From assembly GCA_001643675.2 (NCBI GenBank), contig LSRY02000052.1:1-64000 (forward strand): a stretch of 64,000 nucleotides of DNA. Direction: 5' to 3'. The position numbers and the translations under genes are program-made. How positions within the stretch are numbered: position 1 is the first letter of the stretch; each line of letters begins with the position of its first letter. The stretch comes from Monocercomonoides exilis PA203 (Eukaryota > Protista > Preaxostyla). The notes beneath the pieces are model-generated. The model ran no database searches, had not been told where the DNA came from, and was given only the letters and a program-made list of their open reading frames with translations. Below, piece by piece: positions 52,013 through 64,000 of the stretch.

Positions 52013-53204
52013 ATGGACAAGAGAACTCCAATCACTTATTTTGCTGATTTAAAGTTTTATATGGCAAATATTTCAAAACAACTAAGACTTATTGTTAGTG
52101 AAGACATAACAAATAAAAAAATTGATGAAAAACTTTTAAAAACTACATTGTCAAATATGGATAAAACCATTCGACAACTTTTATCAGAACTTCTAAATTG
52201 TTTCCCAGACTTATCTCTTCTCGACAGTCTTGCAAACAATTCTGAGCAATCCAGACGAATTCAAGCTTCAATATTGGAAGACTTTTCACATCAATCGATC
52301 GAAACGGCTCATTTATATAGGCAATTTGAATGTCATATTATGGAATGGGAACAAAAATATCGACCGGTGATCAACATGTTTCAAGATGTCCAAAAAGAAT
52401 CGCAATCAAAATTGGAGTACCCAACCACCAATTATTTTGAAGCCTTACCTTTTCAATCACAGGGAAAAGTGTCTCCCTCACAAAGTAAAGCTACATCAAC
52501 ATTTTCCACTTCGCAAAACAATCCATACATACCTTATTTATCAACAAATGAAAAAGAATCTTCAAGCTCAGCTTTTGATTCAATAGTTACGTCTTCCCAA
52601 GTGCAACCTCTTCGATTCATTCATCGCCATACTGAAATTAGAAGAAGAATCAAGAAATCCGTAAGTCCAACAACAAAAATAAAAGAAATTGTTGCAAACA
52701 ATGAAAGTGAAGAAAAACTACTTTCTGATGAATCGAACAATCATTTTCAAACAGATAAATACCCAGATAAAAATTCTCCATTTTCTGGAACCAACAAATC
52801 ATTCACAATTGATCATCAATCTCCTTCGTTGGAAATGCATTCACTTTTTAGAACAATAAGTGGGCGCTCATCATTTCCATCCCAAAGTGCTGCTGAAATG
52901 CCTTCAGCGAAAAATGAGTTATCTTCTTCAGTTCCGATTGTTCAGCCTTCAACGCAGATTTTTGATCAACCAATGCAAGCAAACAAAGAGAAAACTTCGA
53001 AAGTCTTGGATAATTTGGAGCATTCACAAAAGAATCAAGAACCTCAGAGCGATACTGATGAAGGTTTGCTAAAAATCATCTTTTTTGCATTTTAACTTAC
53101 TCATTTCAAAAGAACATTTTGAAAGAAATCGTAAAGATGCAAAGGCACAATTTACTGCATTGATGTGTGAATTAGATCAGCTTTTAAATGAACTTATTGA
53201 TTGA
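52013..53204 (+). CDS. Hypothetical protein (probably has further upstream exons in 51000-52000)
   Basis: 360-codon ORF, then a GT-AG intron and a short last exon ending ...QLLNELID-stop. Confidence 0.55.
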
Positions 53205-53955
53205 AGAAACAACCTGTATTTACAATCTTTAATCTGTTGGGGCTGATTGTTGTTTTGAATCAGCTTTTTGCAGTGCTCAGCTGTTCGAGAAGATGTTTGC
53301 TATGAGCCAAAAATGTTCGCACAAAATAATATTTCTCAGGAAATAGTGGAAACAAATGCAATTCCAATGTTCAAATAATTTTATCGAAGAACAACAAATT
53401 CAAGTTGCATTTTCTTTGTTGAATTTGAAAGCAAACATCGTTCAAAAAATTTCTCGTATTATTAATTGAAAATCGAGGAGTTATTTGTTAAAAATGAGAT
53501 AATTCTTTTATTACTCATGAAATTTCAAGAATGCTTATTCCTTTGGGATTTATTTCAGATATTTTCCCCCACAGATTATAGTCTTTTTTCAGCAATTACA
53601 AGCATAAATTAAAAATAAAATTGCATTTGAAGTCCTGCTGCAATTTTTGGGAGGTCAGAAAAATATCTTTTCAGTCATAAACTTAAACTTCTGCCAAATT
53701 GATTATATTAATTGTTATAAAGCGAAAACAGACTAATAATATTATCATTTTCATCTGCTCTTAAACCACGTTCCCTAATCATGCATAAATGCATTTTCAC
53801 TATTTTTAATCTTTCAAAACATTCAATTTTTCAGTTATCTTCTTCAAAACATTGAAAATAATAATTTGTATAAACGAATGAGGAGCTTGAAAATAGCGTG
53901 TTATGTATAGCAGGAAGTCAATCTAAACGAGAAATGAAGAAATTGAATTCCTTTT

Positions 53956-54565
53956 TTATTTAAGAGGGATGAAACGACTGGAGTGAGTTGCACCAATACC
54001 AGGGCGACCATGGGTTGACACCTTGTATGTAATCGCAAATTCGCCGAGGTAATGTCCAATCATTTCAGACTGATATTATAACAAACGACGAAACATAACA
54101 ATTAAATTTAACAGCTTTTAAGAGTGAAAATACCTTAATTTCAACAACATTGTAAGCTTTTCCGTTGTGAACGCCAATCATGCTTCCAACCATTTCAGGA
54201 AGAACAACCATATTTCTGTAGTGAGTTTTAACTGTGGCGGGCTTTTCACCAGCTTGGCAATTGCGTTTCTATGATGATAAAAGCAGAAAATATATTTAAT
54301 AAAAAATAAAGAAACTAGATGTCCATCCAAATTTCAAAAAATTTTAACGTACTGCTTTTCTCAATTTTTTTAAAAATGTTTGCTGTCTTTTCCAAATTCC
54401 GGTGCGGAACTTGCGACGAAGGCGAGCTGGGAAAAGACGAAACAATTGCTGCTCTTTCAAATCCAACAGATTCTGAAGTTCAACTCCACGATAGGTGAAC
54501 TTTTTCAAGCCACGTTTACGCTCCTCATGTTTTGAAAGATTGATTTCTCCAGAAGCTTTTGGCAT
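53956..54565 (-). CDS. RPS15: 40S ribosomal protein S15 (uS19), 3 exons
   Basis: [20 protein letters not shown] and [36 protein letters not shown]. Confidence 0.96.
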
Positions 54566-55084
54566 TTTTGGTGTTGATCTGTGAAGAATAAATTGCGGAT
54601 TTATTGACAATTTCGGATAAGGGCAAGATCATTTTCATTTTTAATAAAGAAGCATATTTTTTTGAAATTATTAAATAAAACTTTGAATGAATTTCTCACA
54701 TCAACATATATATCTGAAAATTATTTTGTTCAAATTTTGAAATGAAGAAAATATAAGTCTGAAGATAATCGGAGATAGAAAATGAAGAATTCTCACGGAA
54801 TGAACAAGAGACATTAGCATCCACAAATCCCTCCTTGTCCTCCATCGTTAGTATCATTTTTTTTAGCAGAAGGATCACAACTTAGGGAGAAGAAGAAGAT
54901 GATAATGATGAAGATTATGATCCAACATAAGTCGAAGATTTTGCGGGACGATATGTCCTGCGATGTTCTGCAGTATATATTGATCAAATATCTTTTGGTT
55001 AAAGAAAGCCTTTTTATCAATAAAAGTCGAACTTATGCAAACCTTCTCTTTTGTTACCAAAATTGGTTGCTATTCCCCAATTGC

Positions 55085-55640
55085 TAACTTTATGGATGGT
55101 TCGATAAAAAATATTCTTCGTTTTCTTGCAAAATCTTTTCCTTATGACGAAGATGTTTGATGTTAAGGTTAAACAACAATGACTTTTTGGAATAACAAAG
55201 TTTTCAAAGAAATCCAAATTTTCACTTGTAAAAATTGTTGGAAAGAAAAAAAAATTAATTAAAAACAGCACACATCAGAGGATCTGCTTTATTTCCAGCA
55301 AGCATTATCACAGGTTCTGCTTCGTCAATATTTTCTCGTGCTTCTTTAAGCCATCTATCCAAATTCTCTAACGTCAAACGTTTTGGGGCAACATTCACAA
55401 GCACAATACAGATTGTTCTGCGATAATGAGAACTAGTTGGAGTTAAATAGCGTTATTGTGCTTCGGCGCATCATTTTACCATTAGTTCCATTTTTTTTTT
55501 CAGAATGCTATGCCTTTCAATTGAAAGTTAATCCGAATTATGACAGGACAGTTCGAATTAAATGCATATTCAGCAAATCGAAAAAGAAGAGAACTTTTTC
55601 CAACTTTTCCCGAAAAGAGAAATGTCAAATTTCAAAAAGA
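55085..55640 (-). pseudogene. Rab-family small GTPase pseudogene
   Basis: Hand translation gives SGKVGKSSLLFRFAEYAF (G1), *CAEAQ*RYLTPTSSHYRR (decayed WDTAGQERxRxxTSSYYR), LDRWLKEARE...MLAGNKAD (G4) and GKDFARKRRIFFIEPSIK (G5), with in-frame stops. Confidence 0.8.
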
Positions 55641-56051
55641 GCGTGAATGGAAAAATGTGAAATATTTGCAACATCGTATAATTATCAAGAGAAAACAAAA
55701 AGAAAAAAAATTTCAAATAAAAATTAAAAAGCAAACATCACATTTAGAATAAAAAATATTCTCAAACCTTCATCTATAACAACAAATTTGACTTGGGAAT
55801 CCCACCAATAATAAATATTAACAATCATTGGTGTTCAAATGAAGAAAATTCACGAAAATGGAGGGATAGTTAGAATAGAATAAATTACATAGATGTGAAC
55901 AATTATTCTTCATTCAAATAACGCTTAAAGCATCTATATCCATTGAAAAGTTTTTAATAGAAATCTCATAAATATTTAATTTTTCAGTAATGTTTATTAA
56001 AATATTTTTTTTTAAAAAACAATAAATATATAACAAATTTAATTTCATCTG

Positions 56052-56065
56052 GTGTTAAAAAACAC
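56052..56065 (-). other. Hairpin ~40 nt downstream of the H3 stop (candidate histone 3' stem-loop)
   Basis: Minus strand GTGTT-TTTT-AACAC, a 5-bp stem with a 4-U loop. Confidence 0.4.
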
Positions 56066-56106
56066 GATTTGAAATGTCAACGAAAAAAAAAATATTATTA
56101 AAAAAT

Positions 56107-56517
56107 TTAAGCTCTTTCTGCCCTAATTCTTCTTGCTAATTGCATATCTTTTGGCATGATTGTAACACGTTTTGCATGAATAGCACACAAGTTAGTATCT
56201 TCAAACAATCCAACGAGATAAGCTTCGCATGCTTCCTGAAGAGCTGCAACTGCTGAGCTTTGGAATCTCAAATCAGTTTTGTATTCTTGTGCAATTTCAC
56301 GAACAAGACGTTGGAATGGAAGCTTTCTAATCAAAAGTTCAGTGCTCTTCTGATACTTTCTGATTTCACGAAGTGCCACGGTACCTGGACGGAAACGATG
56401 GGGCTTCTTCACACCACCAGCTGCAGCTGCTGTTTTACGTGCTGCTTTTGAAGCGAGCTGTTTGCGTGGAGCTTTTACACCAATTTGCTTACGAGAAACT
56501 TGCTTTGTTCTAACCAT
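56107..56517 (-). CDS. H3: Histone H3 (intronless, divergent N-tail)
   Basis: [40 protein letters not shown]...[19 protein letters not shown]. Confidence 0.98.
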   Translation of the reverse strand: MVRTKQVSRKQIGVKAPRKQLASKAARKTAAAAGGVKKPHRFRPGTVALREIRKYQKSTELLIRKLPFQRLVREIAQEYKTDLRFQSSAVAALQEACEAYLVGLFEDTNLCAIHAKRVTIMPKDMQLARRIRAERA

Positions 56518-57446
56518 CTTAAAATATTACTAGTTTGATAAAGATATATCAAAAAATTATATGATAAAAATTTTCATCAGATGATATATATAACGATGAG
56601 TGTAATAAGATCAATTTGTGCGCAAAATTGATCAACATTTTTCGAAGATTAAATATGGTTTGAATCAAACTGATTATTCAAAATATCCTCCTGAAAGATA
56701 ATCAATAATGCATTGCTGGAAATAACGAATGAACAAGAAATTTTATTTAAAACTCTTTTTTTTCCATCAAAATTTTCATGAATATGATTTTCTCATCTCA
56801 AAGGATTTTTTTTTTTACTTCTCTCAAATTTGTGTTTGATATACATGTTGGAATTTGAAAAGCTTGTTTGTGATAGTTTTCGTGTCTTCAACGATAATCC
56901 CAAGAATTCTCATGTTATGTTTTTTCATGAAATATCTTTGATACCAACATAAGTTTGATATGAAACTCAAAAAATTATGATAATGAAAAAGGCATTTTAA
57001 AGATCCTTAATGCATATTTCAAAAGCATTGACATTAAAAAGAAAATGATTTCAACAAAATAAACAGTTGAAATAAAAATCTGGAATGATTCGCTTTGAAA
57101 TTTTGTTAAGTTAAATAGCTCTTTTAATGTCCTTGCTTTCCATTAATAATAAACAACGAAAAGATTTGTGATGAAATACCAAAAAGAAGTTAAAAGATGC
57201 AAAAAAACGAAATGCAAGGAATGACATGGGAAAAAAAAGCAATATTTAAATTTTAAACAATCTAAACATATTAACATATACAAATCATAGCATTACAGTT
57301 ACGAATCTTCAAAAAAGCGTAAACAATTTAAAAAATAAACTCCAAAACAGATTTTTTTAAAAAAAAAATTAAAAAGCAATAATAAACCAATGCCAAGATG
57401 AAATATGAAGCCTCATGAAAGAAGATAGCTTAACAATTAAATAGAA

Positions 57447-60400
57447 TTATCTTTTCTTTAAAGACAAATAAAGAACAAGAATGAGAATGAGAACACCCAA
57501 AATAGTACAAATTCCAATAATTCCCCAGAAAATAATCCTCTTCCGATACGCCCTGTACGTGAACTTTGCCATTTTGTGCACGGCCCACGGCGGAAACGAC
57601 GTTTCGGGTCTTTCCGGCGGGGGCAGGAATGGATCCTGATTCGGAGTATTCTGCCCTTTTCCCGATGGAGTAGCCTTGGCGTATTTCTCCGAAACCACAT
57701 CCAGCGACATCTCCACCTGGCCCTGTGGCCCCGAATACATCGGATGGGTCATCACGAGCCACTGCTTTCTGATTGTCTGGTTCTGCTTTGTTCTGTAAGC
57801 TGCTTTGAACACACCGCCCAGATGCAAAACAGCTTCTGCAATGGAATCGTTTGCAGAGAGCATGTTCTTGTCCCATATTTGCAGTTTCAGCCGCGGCACG
57901 TGGCATGGCAGCGTTAAGGGAAACACGAATCTCCAGTTGAAGTTGCCTATGCCATTTGTAGAGCGCCAATGAACATCTGTCTCCTGCTGGTCCTTTGTCA
58001 GCTCCATCTTTCCTGTGAGGAAGATGTCTGACTTGTCCTGGTTCATAAAGTCGTTCGAACACGAGCACATCTCCTGGCAGAAGCTCTTTTTCTGCGACTT
58101 CTTCAGCTGAGAGTCGTCTTCAATCCCAGCCTCCATCTCTGCCATCTTCTTCAGTGGGGAGCCGGATTTGATGTCCTTGAACACCACGTCCTTCGTGTTC
58201 CAGATGACCACCCGCAGCTCCCACCCTTCGATAGAAGGCGCCTGGATCGGCTTCGGCGGGTTCAATCGCGCCTCCTCTGGTGTCATAATCTCCAGCCACA
58301 TCTCAATCTTGCCCTGTGGAAACGACGAGGCAGGTGACCACAGCGTCCGCCACTCAATCGGTTTCTCCTTCCAACTCCGCCATTCTTCACTCAGCAGCCG
58401 CGTCTCCAGGTCGATCGTCGTCCTTCCCATCAGCTCGTCTGAGCCCACAAGATTCGCATCCCACACCTCGATTGTCAGCTCTGAATTGCCTGGAATTGTC
58501 GCAGGAATCTCATAGCACTTGTAGAAATCCGGTTTCAACGTCTTGGATTTTTTGTTCTTCTTGTCGTTGATAATGTTCTCCTTTGCTGTTCCATTCCACA
58601 GCTTCAAATAAGGTGTGGCTTTTCCCGACGATGACACAGGCACCATCTGCCTGCCCCTCAGAATATACGCCCGCACCACAAACGGACGTGGCTCGTACTT
58701 CTTCCTCAGCGCTGCCTGCGCAATGTTCTGTGGCTGCAGCGATGGATCTTCTGCCTGAAAGACAGTCAGATTGCCTTTCATCTTTCCAACACACGTGCGC
58801 GTCCCAATCGGCTGCGACTTGTCTGCAAAGAAGCGCCGAAACGACGATAATCCAAATTTCTGCCCGCGCCACAGCGGAAACTCGTCAAAAGGCGGGTTTT
58901 TCAGCTCGAATTCAAGTTCCCATTGGAATTTTGGTGTTTCTTTCTCTTTCTCTGCTTCGGGGTCTGATCCATGGATTTTGGTGTCGGGGACATCGGGCAT
59001 TGTGCGGACACCTGAGAGAAGGGGAGAAAAAAGGGGGAAAGGAGAAAAAGGAGAGGATGATAGAGAAATTAATAAAAGAATCATTATGTTTTGTAGTTGT
59101 GAGAATAAACGAAAATAAATTATTAAAAAATGAACAATAAGAAACATAAATACATAAAATAAATTTAATTCTATCACATATTTAAAAACTAAACATACCA
59201 CCACCAGCTTTTGAGTCACTCTCATCTTCGTCAGCTGGAGCTCCTGTTGACATCTCCAGTCTTTCCCCTGCTTTCTCATTCGCATCTTTTATATCCTCTG
59301 GTATCAAATCATACATCCTCTGCCTCTCTGCTTTTATCCGCTCTGCCTCTTCCTTCGCCTTCTGCTCCTCTGGTGTCAGCTCCGGGACGGACTCTGCTGC
59401 AAGATCTGGGTCTTCCTCAGCACCAGGAATGCTCTCTGCTTTCTCTGGCAGATTGTTCTGCGGTTTTTCTTCATTCGACCAAGGGATATACGGCACCAGC
59501 GGAATCGACGATGTTCCAATCAGTCGTGTTGTCATTCCGCTGTCTAACACACGTGCATTGAGCGTCGGTGCGTAAAGCGGATTAAGCGGTAGATCCAGCT
59601 GAAAATGAAGCACTTCGAGTATGTTTGGTGAAGTAGCAGTGGGATCAGCAGAAGGGGTGGTTCTTTTGAATGTCCTGTGGTCGCCGCAGTTGATCTGAAT
59701 GTACGGCTTGTTCATCGTCTGCAGCTTCTTCGGCACAAGCCCTCTCAATCCAATGCATTGAAACTCCACCACGCACGGGCGCATGGGCGGTCTAATAGAA
59801 GGCACAGGTTCTCTTGCAGCCTCCATAATGGGCAGCAGCTGGAAAGAAGCCAAAAGGGAACCTTCTTTCTCGTCTGTGTCGCCCACATACAGCTCGTGCC
59901 AGCGCGGCTCGTTTGCCACGTGGCGAGTCATCTGATTGAACGGCACTTCCACTCTTCCAATGAGCGTGTTCTTAGAGACGTTGTTGTGGTCGTAGATGCT
60001 CACAATCAGCGGAGGCGCGAGGAGCGGGTCTTCAGGCAATGATACGTTTAAGCAGAGCGTCTGGTACCACACCGGATACAGCGACTTCTGCACCACCCGC
60101 GTCTTCGCCTGCCTTCCCCCGTACTTCACAAGCACAAACGGGTCGCTTGTTCCTGTTTCATCTGCAGCAGGCAGCTCCTTCGCCTGGTAGAGATGCGCCC
60201 GCACTTGGAACGAGATCTTCTTCGGAGCCAGCATCTCGTGCCTCTTCGGGCGTGCGGGTGTGCCATCAGGGTTCGTCTGGTCCAACCCGAAGCACAGGCG
60301 CATCAGCAGAAACCCGCTCACTTCGCCTTCAGTGTACACAGAGCTCGTCTTGTCAGGCACAATCGTGTGCCACTCAGGCTGTCTGGCAAAGCCAGCGATG

Positions 60401-62056
60401 TCCTCCACACGCAATCGGATGTAGCCCACACGTGATGCTCCCATGATGGTGCTGACTGACTCCACATCCACAATCACATCCGGCACCTGCGCCAGGTCCT
60501 TCGGCCACTCCATCACCTTCTCCTCGAACTGCTGGTAGTACTCCACTTTCCCTGCCTCCATCTCTGCTTTCTTTGATTTCAGCTCGTGATGCCCCATTTT
60601 CACACTCACCCGCACTTTGTCCATCGTCTTCACCGGAATCTCCGTTGCCATGAACAGATCCGCCCACAAAACATACTTGGCGGTCTCTGGTTCTTCGCAC
60701 GGCGCAATCTGATCGCTGCCCAGCTGCGGCTCGTCTGTCTGCTCAGCCAGCAGCGTGAGGAGCACCCGCCCTTTGTAGCACGACGTGGGCATGTCGCCGT
60801 TCTTGATGCGCGCAATCATCGAAACCAGCTTGGAGAACTGCGCTTTGTCTCTCATTGAAATTGGGTAGGCACCGTATCTGAGAGGAAATATGAAATGTGG
60901 TTGTATGTTGAGCAATCATCACGTTGATGACAGTCAATGATGAAGAAAAAAGAACAATGAAAAATCAAAAAAAAAATGGCAATATGTTAAAAAAAGTCAA
61001 ATCACACATGTTGACCCAGGCAGGGCCAAAGTGGTCTGTGAGGATGGATGACCAGCGGAAGTTCATTGTGGCTATTGGCTCGTCGTTGCCGATCTTTTCG
61101 TGGTCCATCACTCGAACAGATATTCTGTCGCTCATCGTTGGCACATACACAGGAAGACGAAGCTCCGTGTTCCACACTGGATCATAGTTCTCCTTTTTAA
61201 AATCAGTCTTCATAGACTCTGATGAAAATTGCGCTAGTATGTATGCATCTGTTTTTCCAACTGTAAAACAATATTTGGAAATAAATTAGCACAAAAGAAA
61301 TGAAATCTTTCATATTGAAATTATTCAAACATGTATCAGTCTTTGGGAGTTTTTCTGCTCTGTAAGCTCTCACCTTCAATTCGTATCCAATTCTTTCAAT
61401 TTGAGGAGGAAGCAAAACCATTTTTTGTAGATCATCGCCTTCCACTTCTTCGTCGTCATCATCATCCTCGTGATTTGCAGGAACATCTCCTGGCCCAAGA
61501 ACAACAATTGAACAACGAAGGTACCCTTGAAGCTCCGGACCAAGATCGGCATTATATAAGCCAACCCACTTTCGATACAGCTCATGGTCATCTTCTCCAT
61601 AGACACGTGTCTGAAAAATTATGATTTTTTGTGAAAAAATACATTTAAAAAATGATACCATATCGAATTCAAATGAGCCAATAAGTTCATTTCTGGTAAA
61701 TGTGTTTGCGTTGAACACTTGAAATTGAATTTTACCATCCAAAAACTCTTCTTTTGTAATCTTAAGATTGAAGAAAAACATTTGCTCCCAGTAAGGAGAA
61801 AGCGTTTTCTTTTCAATGGTTGTGTGTTGCGATTGACCGCAACAACGGACATAACAAACGGGATCGGACATTGAATTTTTATTTCTTCAAAAATTGAAAA
61901 AAGGAAAATTTTCAGTTTGCAAAATAAAAACACAATCAAAAGTTCAAACTTTCCTTTAAGATCTCTGCATTCAATTACACATACTCTAACAGAAAATTGC
62001 TGAATTCCGCCAGGTCCTGCTTTGGCAGAAGACTCAGCTCTTTCTAAGGCATCCAT
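57447..62056 (-). CDS. Ferlin-family multi-C2-domain tail-anchored protein (multi-exon)
   Basis: Several C2 domains (SDPVCYV, DPVWNTEL, LPAADETGTSDPFVLV, RAYILRG). Ferlin C-terminal motifs WELRVVIWNT, QETDVHWRS, GNFNWRFVFP and PPPERPETSF, then a terminal TM helix. Confidence 0.93.
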
Positions 62057-63018
62057 TTAGAATATGGGAACAAGACTTTTATTATTTTTGTCTAATTATA
62101 ACATAAATGGATCATATCTTCAAAAAGCGATAGTTATTGGAAAATATATGATGAACATTGTTTTTATGACACAATCTTTTTTTTTTTTTTTTTTTTTTTG
62201 TAAATCATATGAACAATTATTTTCGAAATCATAACTTTGTTCTGGATGTTTATTATTATGAAAGTACATTGTCATATGCCATTTAATTTTCTTTCAAAAA
62301 TAAATTGTTTTTTTGATCATTTTAAAAAGCAATGGTTATGTAAAAAATAGAGATGTGTTGCGTTTGTGTTGTCACACTTCAATGTTTGTTCAAAATTTTT
62401 ACAGAACAAGTTTTCAAAATGAGACTTTTGTTCGTAAAAATAGAATTTCACAAATTATCACCCAAATGAATGAAACTTAAATATCATCAATTCCTCAAAA
62501 AAATAGTGCATTCAAAAACATTCACTGAAGTTAAAATCAGAAAAATAAATTGTTGTGTCATTCAAAAAAGAATTTTAATTTCTTCATTTTTCATAAACAG
62601 TGGATTGTAATGGGACGAAATTCTTGCTTTTATGAAAATGACAACGATTTGTTCCAAACTTTTTCTGCTTTCACATTGTAACAAGTCAAACATTATCATG
62701 CAAAAACACTTAGAAAAATTAAAAAAAATGAGAAATTCATTCGTAAACTCTGAAAGGAAAAAAATTCATAAAGGAAAAAATATCGTCCCATATTTATAAA
62801 GATTCAGATAAACAAACATTATTTTTCGCAATTGGGAAAAGATTAGACACTTTAATAATTGAATAACTGTGCAAAAAAAATATTCGACATTCGTCTTTCT
62901 TGAAACTTGCGGTTATAATGCTTATAACAACAACATCAAAAAATAAATAATTCGTATATTCAACGGTAAAATATTGCAAATTATGAGTTAGAGATCAAAA
63001 TTTGTTGATATCGTTTTA

Positions 63019-63444
63019 ATGTTCTTTACTGTTATTGCTTTACTGGCTTCAAACTTGTTCGCAGAAGATTTCGAAGAGTTGGAGGAATATGACTATGATG
63101 AATATGCTTATCTCGAAGACGATGATGGCGAAGAAACACCACAAGGATTTGGAATTGCAATGTTTGACAGAGACGAAGTTGAAATGTTGATAGATGCCGA
63201 ATTTGCAGGAATTAACACATGCTCTGTTTGCAAAACAGTTGTTAACTACGCTTCAAACCTTGCATCCAAATATGGATCCTCAAAAGTTAAATCTCTTGTT
63301 AAGGATAAAGTTTGCGCCGCCAAGCCAGGTGCATTCGAGTCCGTTTGTGACTTTGTTGCAGACAAGGTTATTGACTGGGCCTTCTCTGAGTTGAAGAAGA
63401 AAGTCAATGCAAACACCTTGTGCAAGAAAATTACTTTGTGCTAA
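63019..63444 (+). CDS. Saposin-like protein (SAPLIP) precursor
   Basis: Signal peptide, acidic pro-region, and a C-terminal saposin-B domain with six Cys (CSVC...VC...VC...LC...LC). Confidence 0.88.
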   Translation: MFFTVIALLASNLFAEDFEELEEYDYDEYAYLEDDDGEETPQGFGIAMFDRDEVEMLIDAEFAGINTCSVCKTVVNYASNLASKYGSSKVKSLVKDKVCAAKPGAFESVCDFVADKVIDWAFSELKKKVNANTLCKKITLC

Positions 63445-63882
63445 ATTTATAGAGATAATGATTTAGCTAGAGTTCAATTGTGTTTTGATTTAATTTTTTA
63501 TTTCACTTTCTTAATATCCAGAGTTTAATGTCTTGAGAATTGACATTTGTTTTGACGATCGAATTTTTTTCGATGGTTTTAACGCAAATAAAATAAAATA
63601 AACAAAAAAGTATTAAATATTTTTGAGAAGCATTTGAATTTCATTGAAAGAATTTGTTTAAATAAATTTGATTTAACAAAAAATAAATTCAAATGAGTTT
63701 AGGCCTTCAATGATTAATTGCAAGAGTTGATGAAGTGATTGTGTCTTTATTTACCTTTTCTTTTGGCTGAAACCCCAGAAAGTGTTATTATTTAAGTTCA
63801 TTAATAGAAAATGTTTTATTTGATCAAAATAACCATTTAGTCTTTCATCTTTAATTTTTTACTGTTTCTTGCTGTACGTGAT

Positions 63883-63972
63883 ATGGCAACGCCGGATACA
63901 CGATCAGTGAGTAGCGTTGGAAACGATGATAGAGCTACAGTTCCATATGCAAGATTTGGATCATTCGATCAA
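63883..63972 (+). CDS. Possible first exon of a gene running off the window
   Basis: ATG MATPDTRSVSSVGNDDRATVPYARFGSFDQ followed by a GT and an AT-rich tract. Confidence 0.3.
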
Positions 63973-64000
63973 TTGTATCGATAGATTTTTTATTTTTTTA

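Noticed and set aside
55453-55455. TAA read as Gln (alternative genetic code)
   Set aside because: Conserved genes (H3, H4, RPL9, RPL12, RPS15) end with TAA, so TAA is a stop.

Overview
AT-rich, intron-containing eukaryotic DNA. The standard genetic code, short GT-AG introns, Ser/Glu low-complexity tracts and a flagellar gene suggest a flagellate protist, possibly a metamonad or oxymonad (inference only). The left third is an accessory zone of decayed gene fragments and MITEs around an ~8.4-kb DNA transposon (about 7878-16276) bounded by ~450-bp inverted repeats. This element is the main discovery. It carries (i) a spliced ~1185-aa Sola-like DDD transposase with an apparently intact USP/peptidase-C19 deubiquitinase domain inside it; (ii) a divergently transcribed paralog that shares the N-terminal domain and an intron position, has its own USP domain and lacks the transposase core; (iii) a degenerate third TIR copy between the two genes; and (iv) a GC-rich multi-stem structured cassette with a cUUCGg-capped hairpin just after the transposase stop. 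The right two-thirds is ordinary gene-dense DNA: a coiled-coil protein, a giant E/K-rich repeat protein, CFAP99, dipeptidyl peptidase IV, head-to-head RPL12/RPL9, tail-divergent histones H4 and H3 (each with a 3' hairpin), NAC-beta, RPS15, a Rab pseudogene, a ferlin and a saposin-like precursor. Family assignments come from recognised motifs, not database searches.
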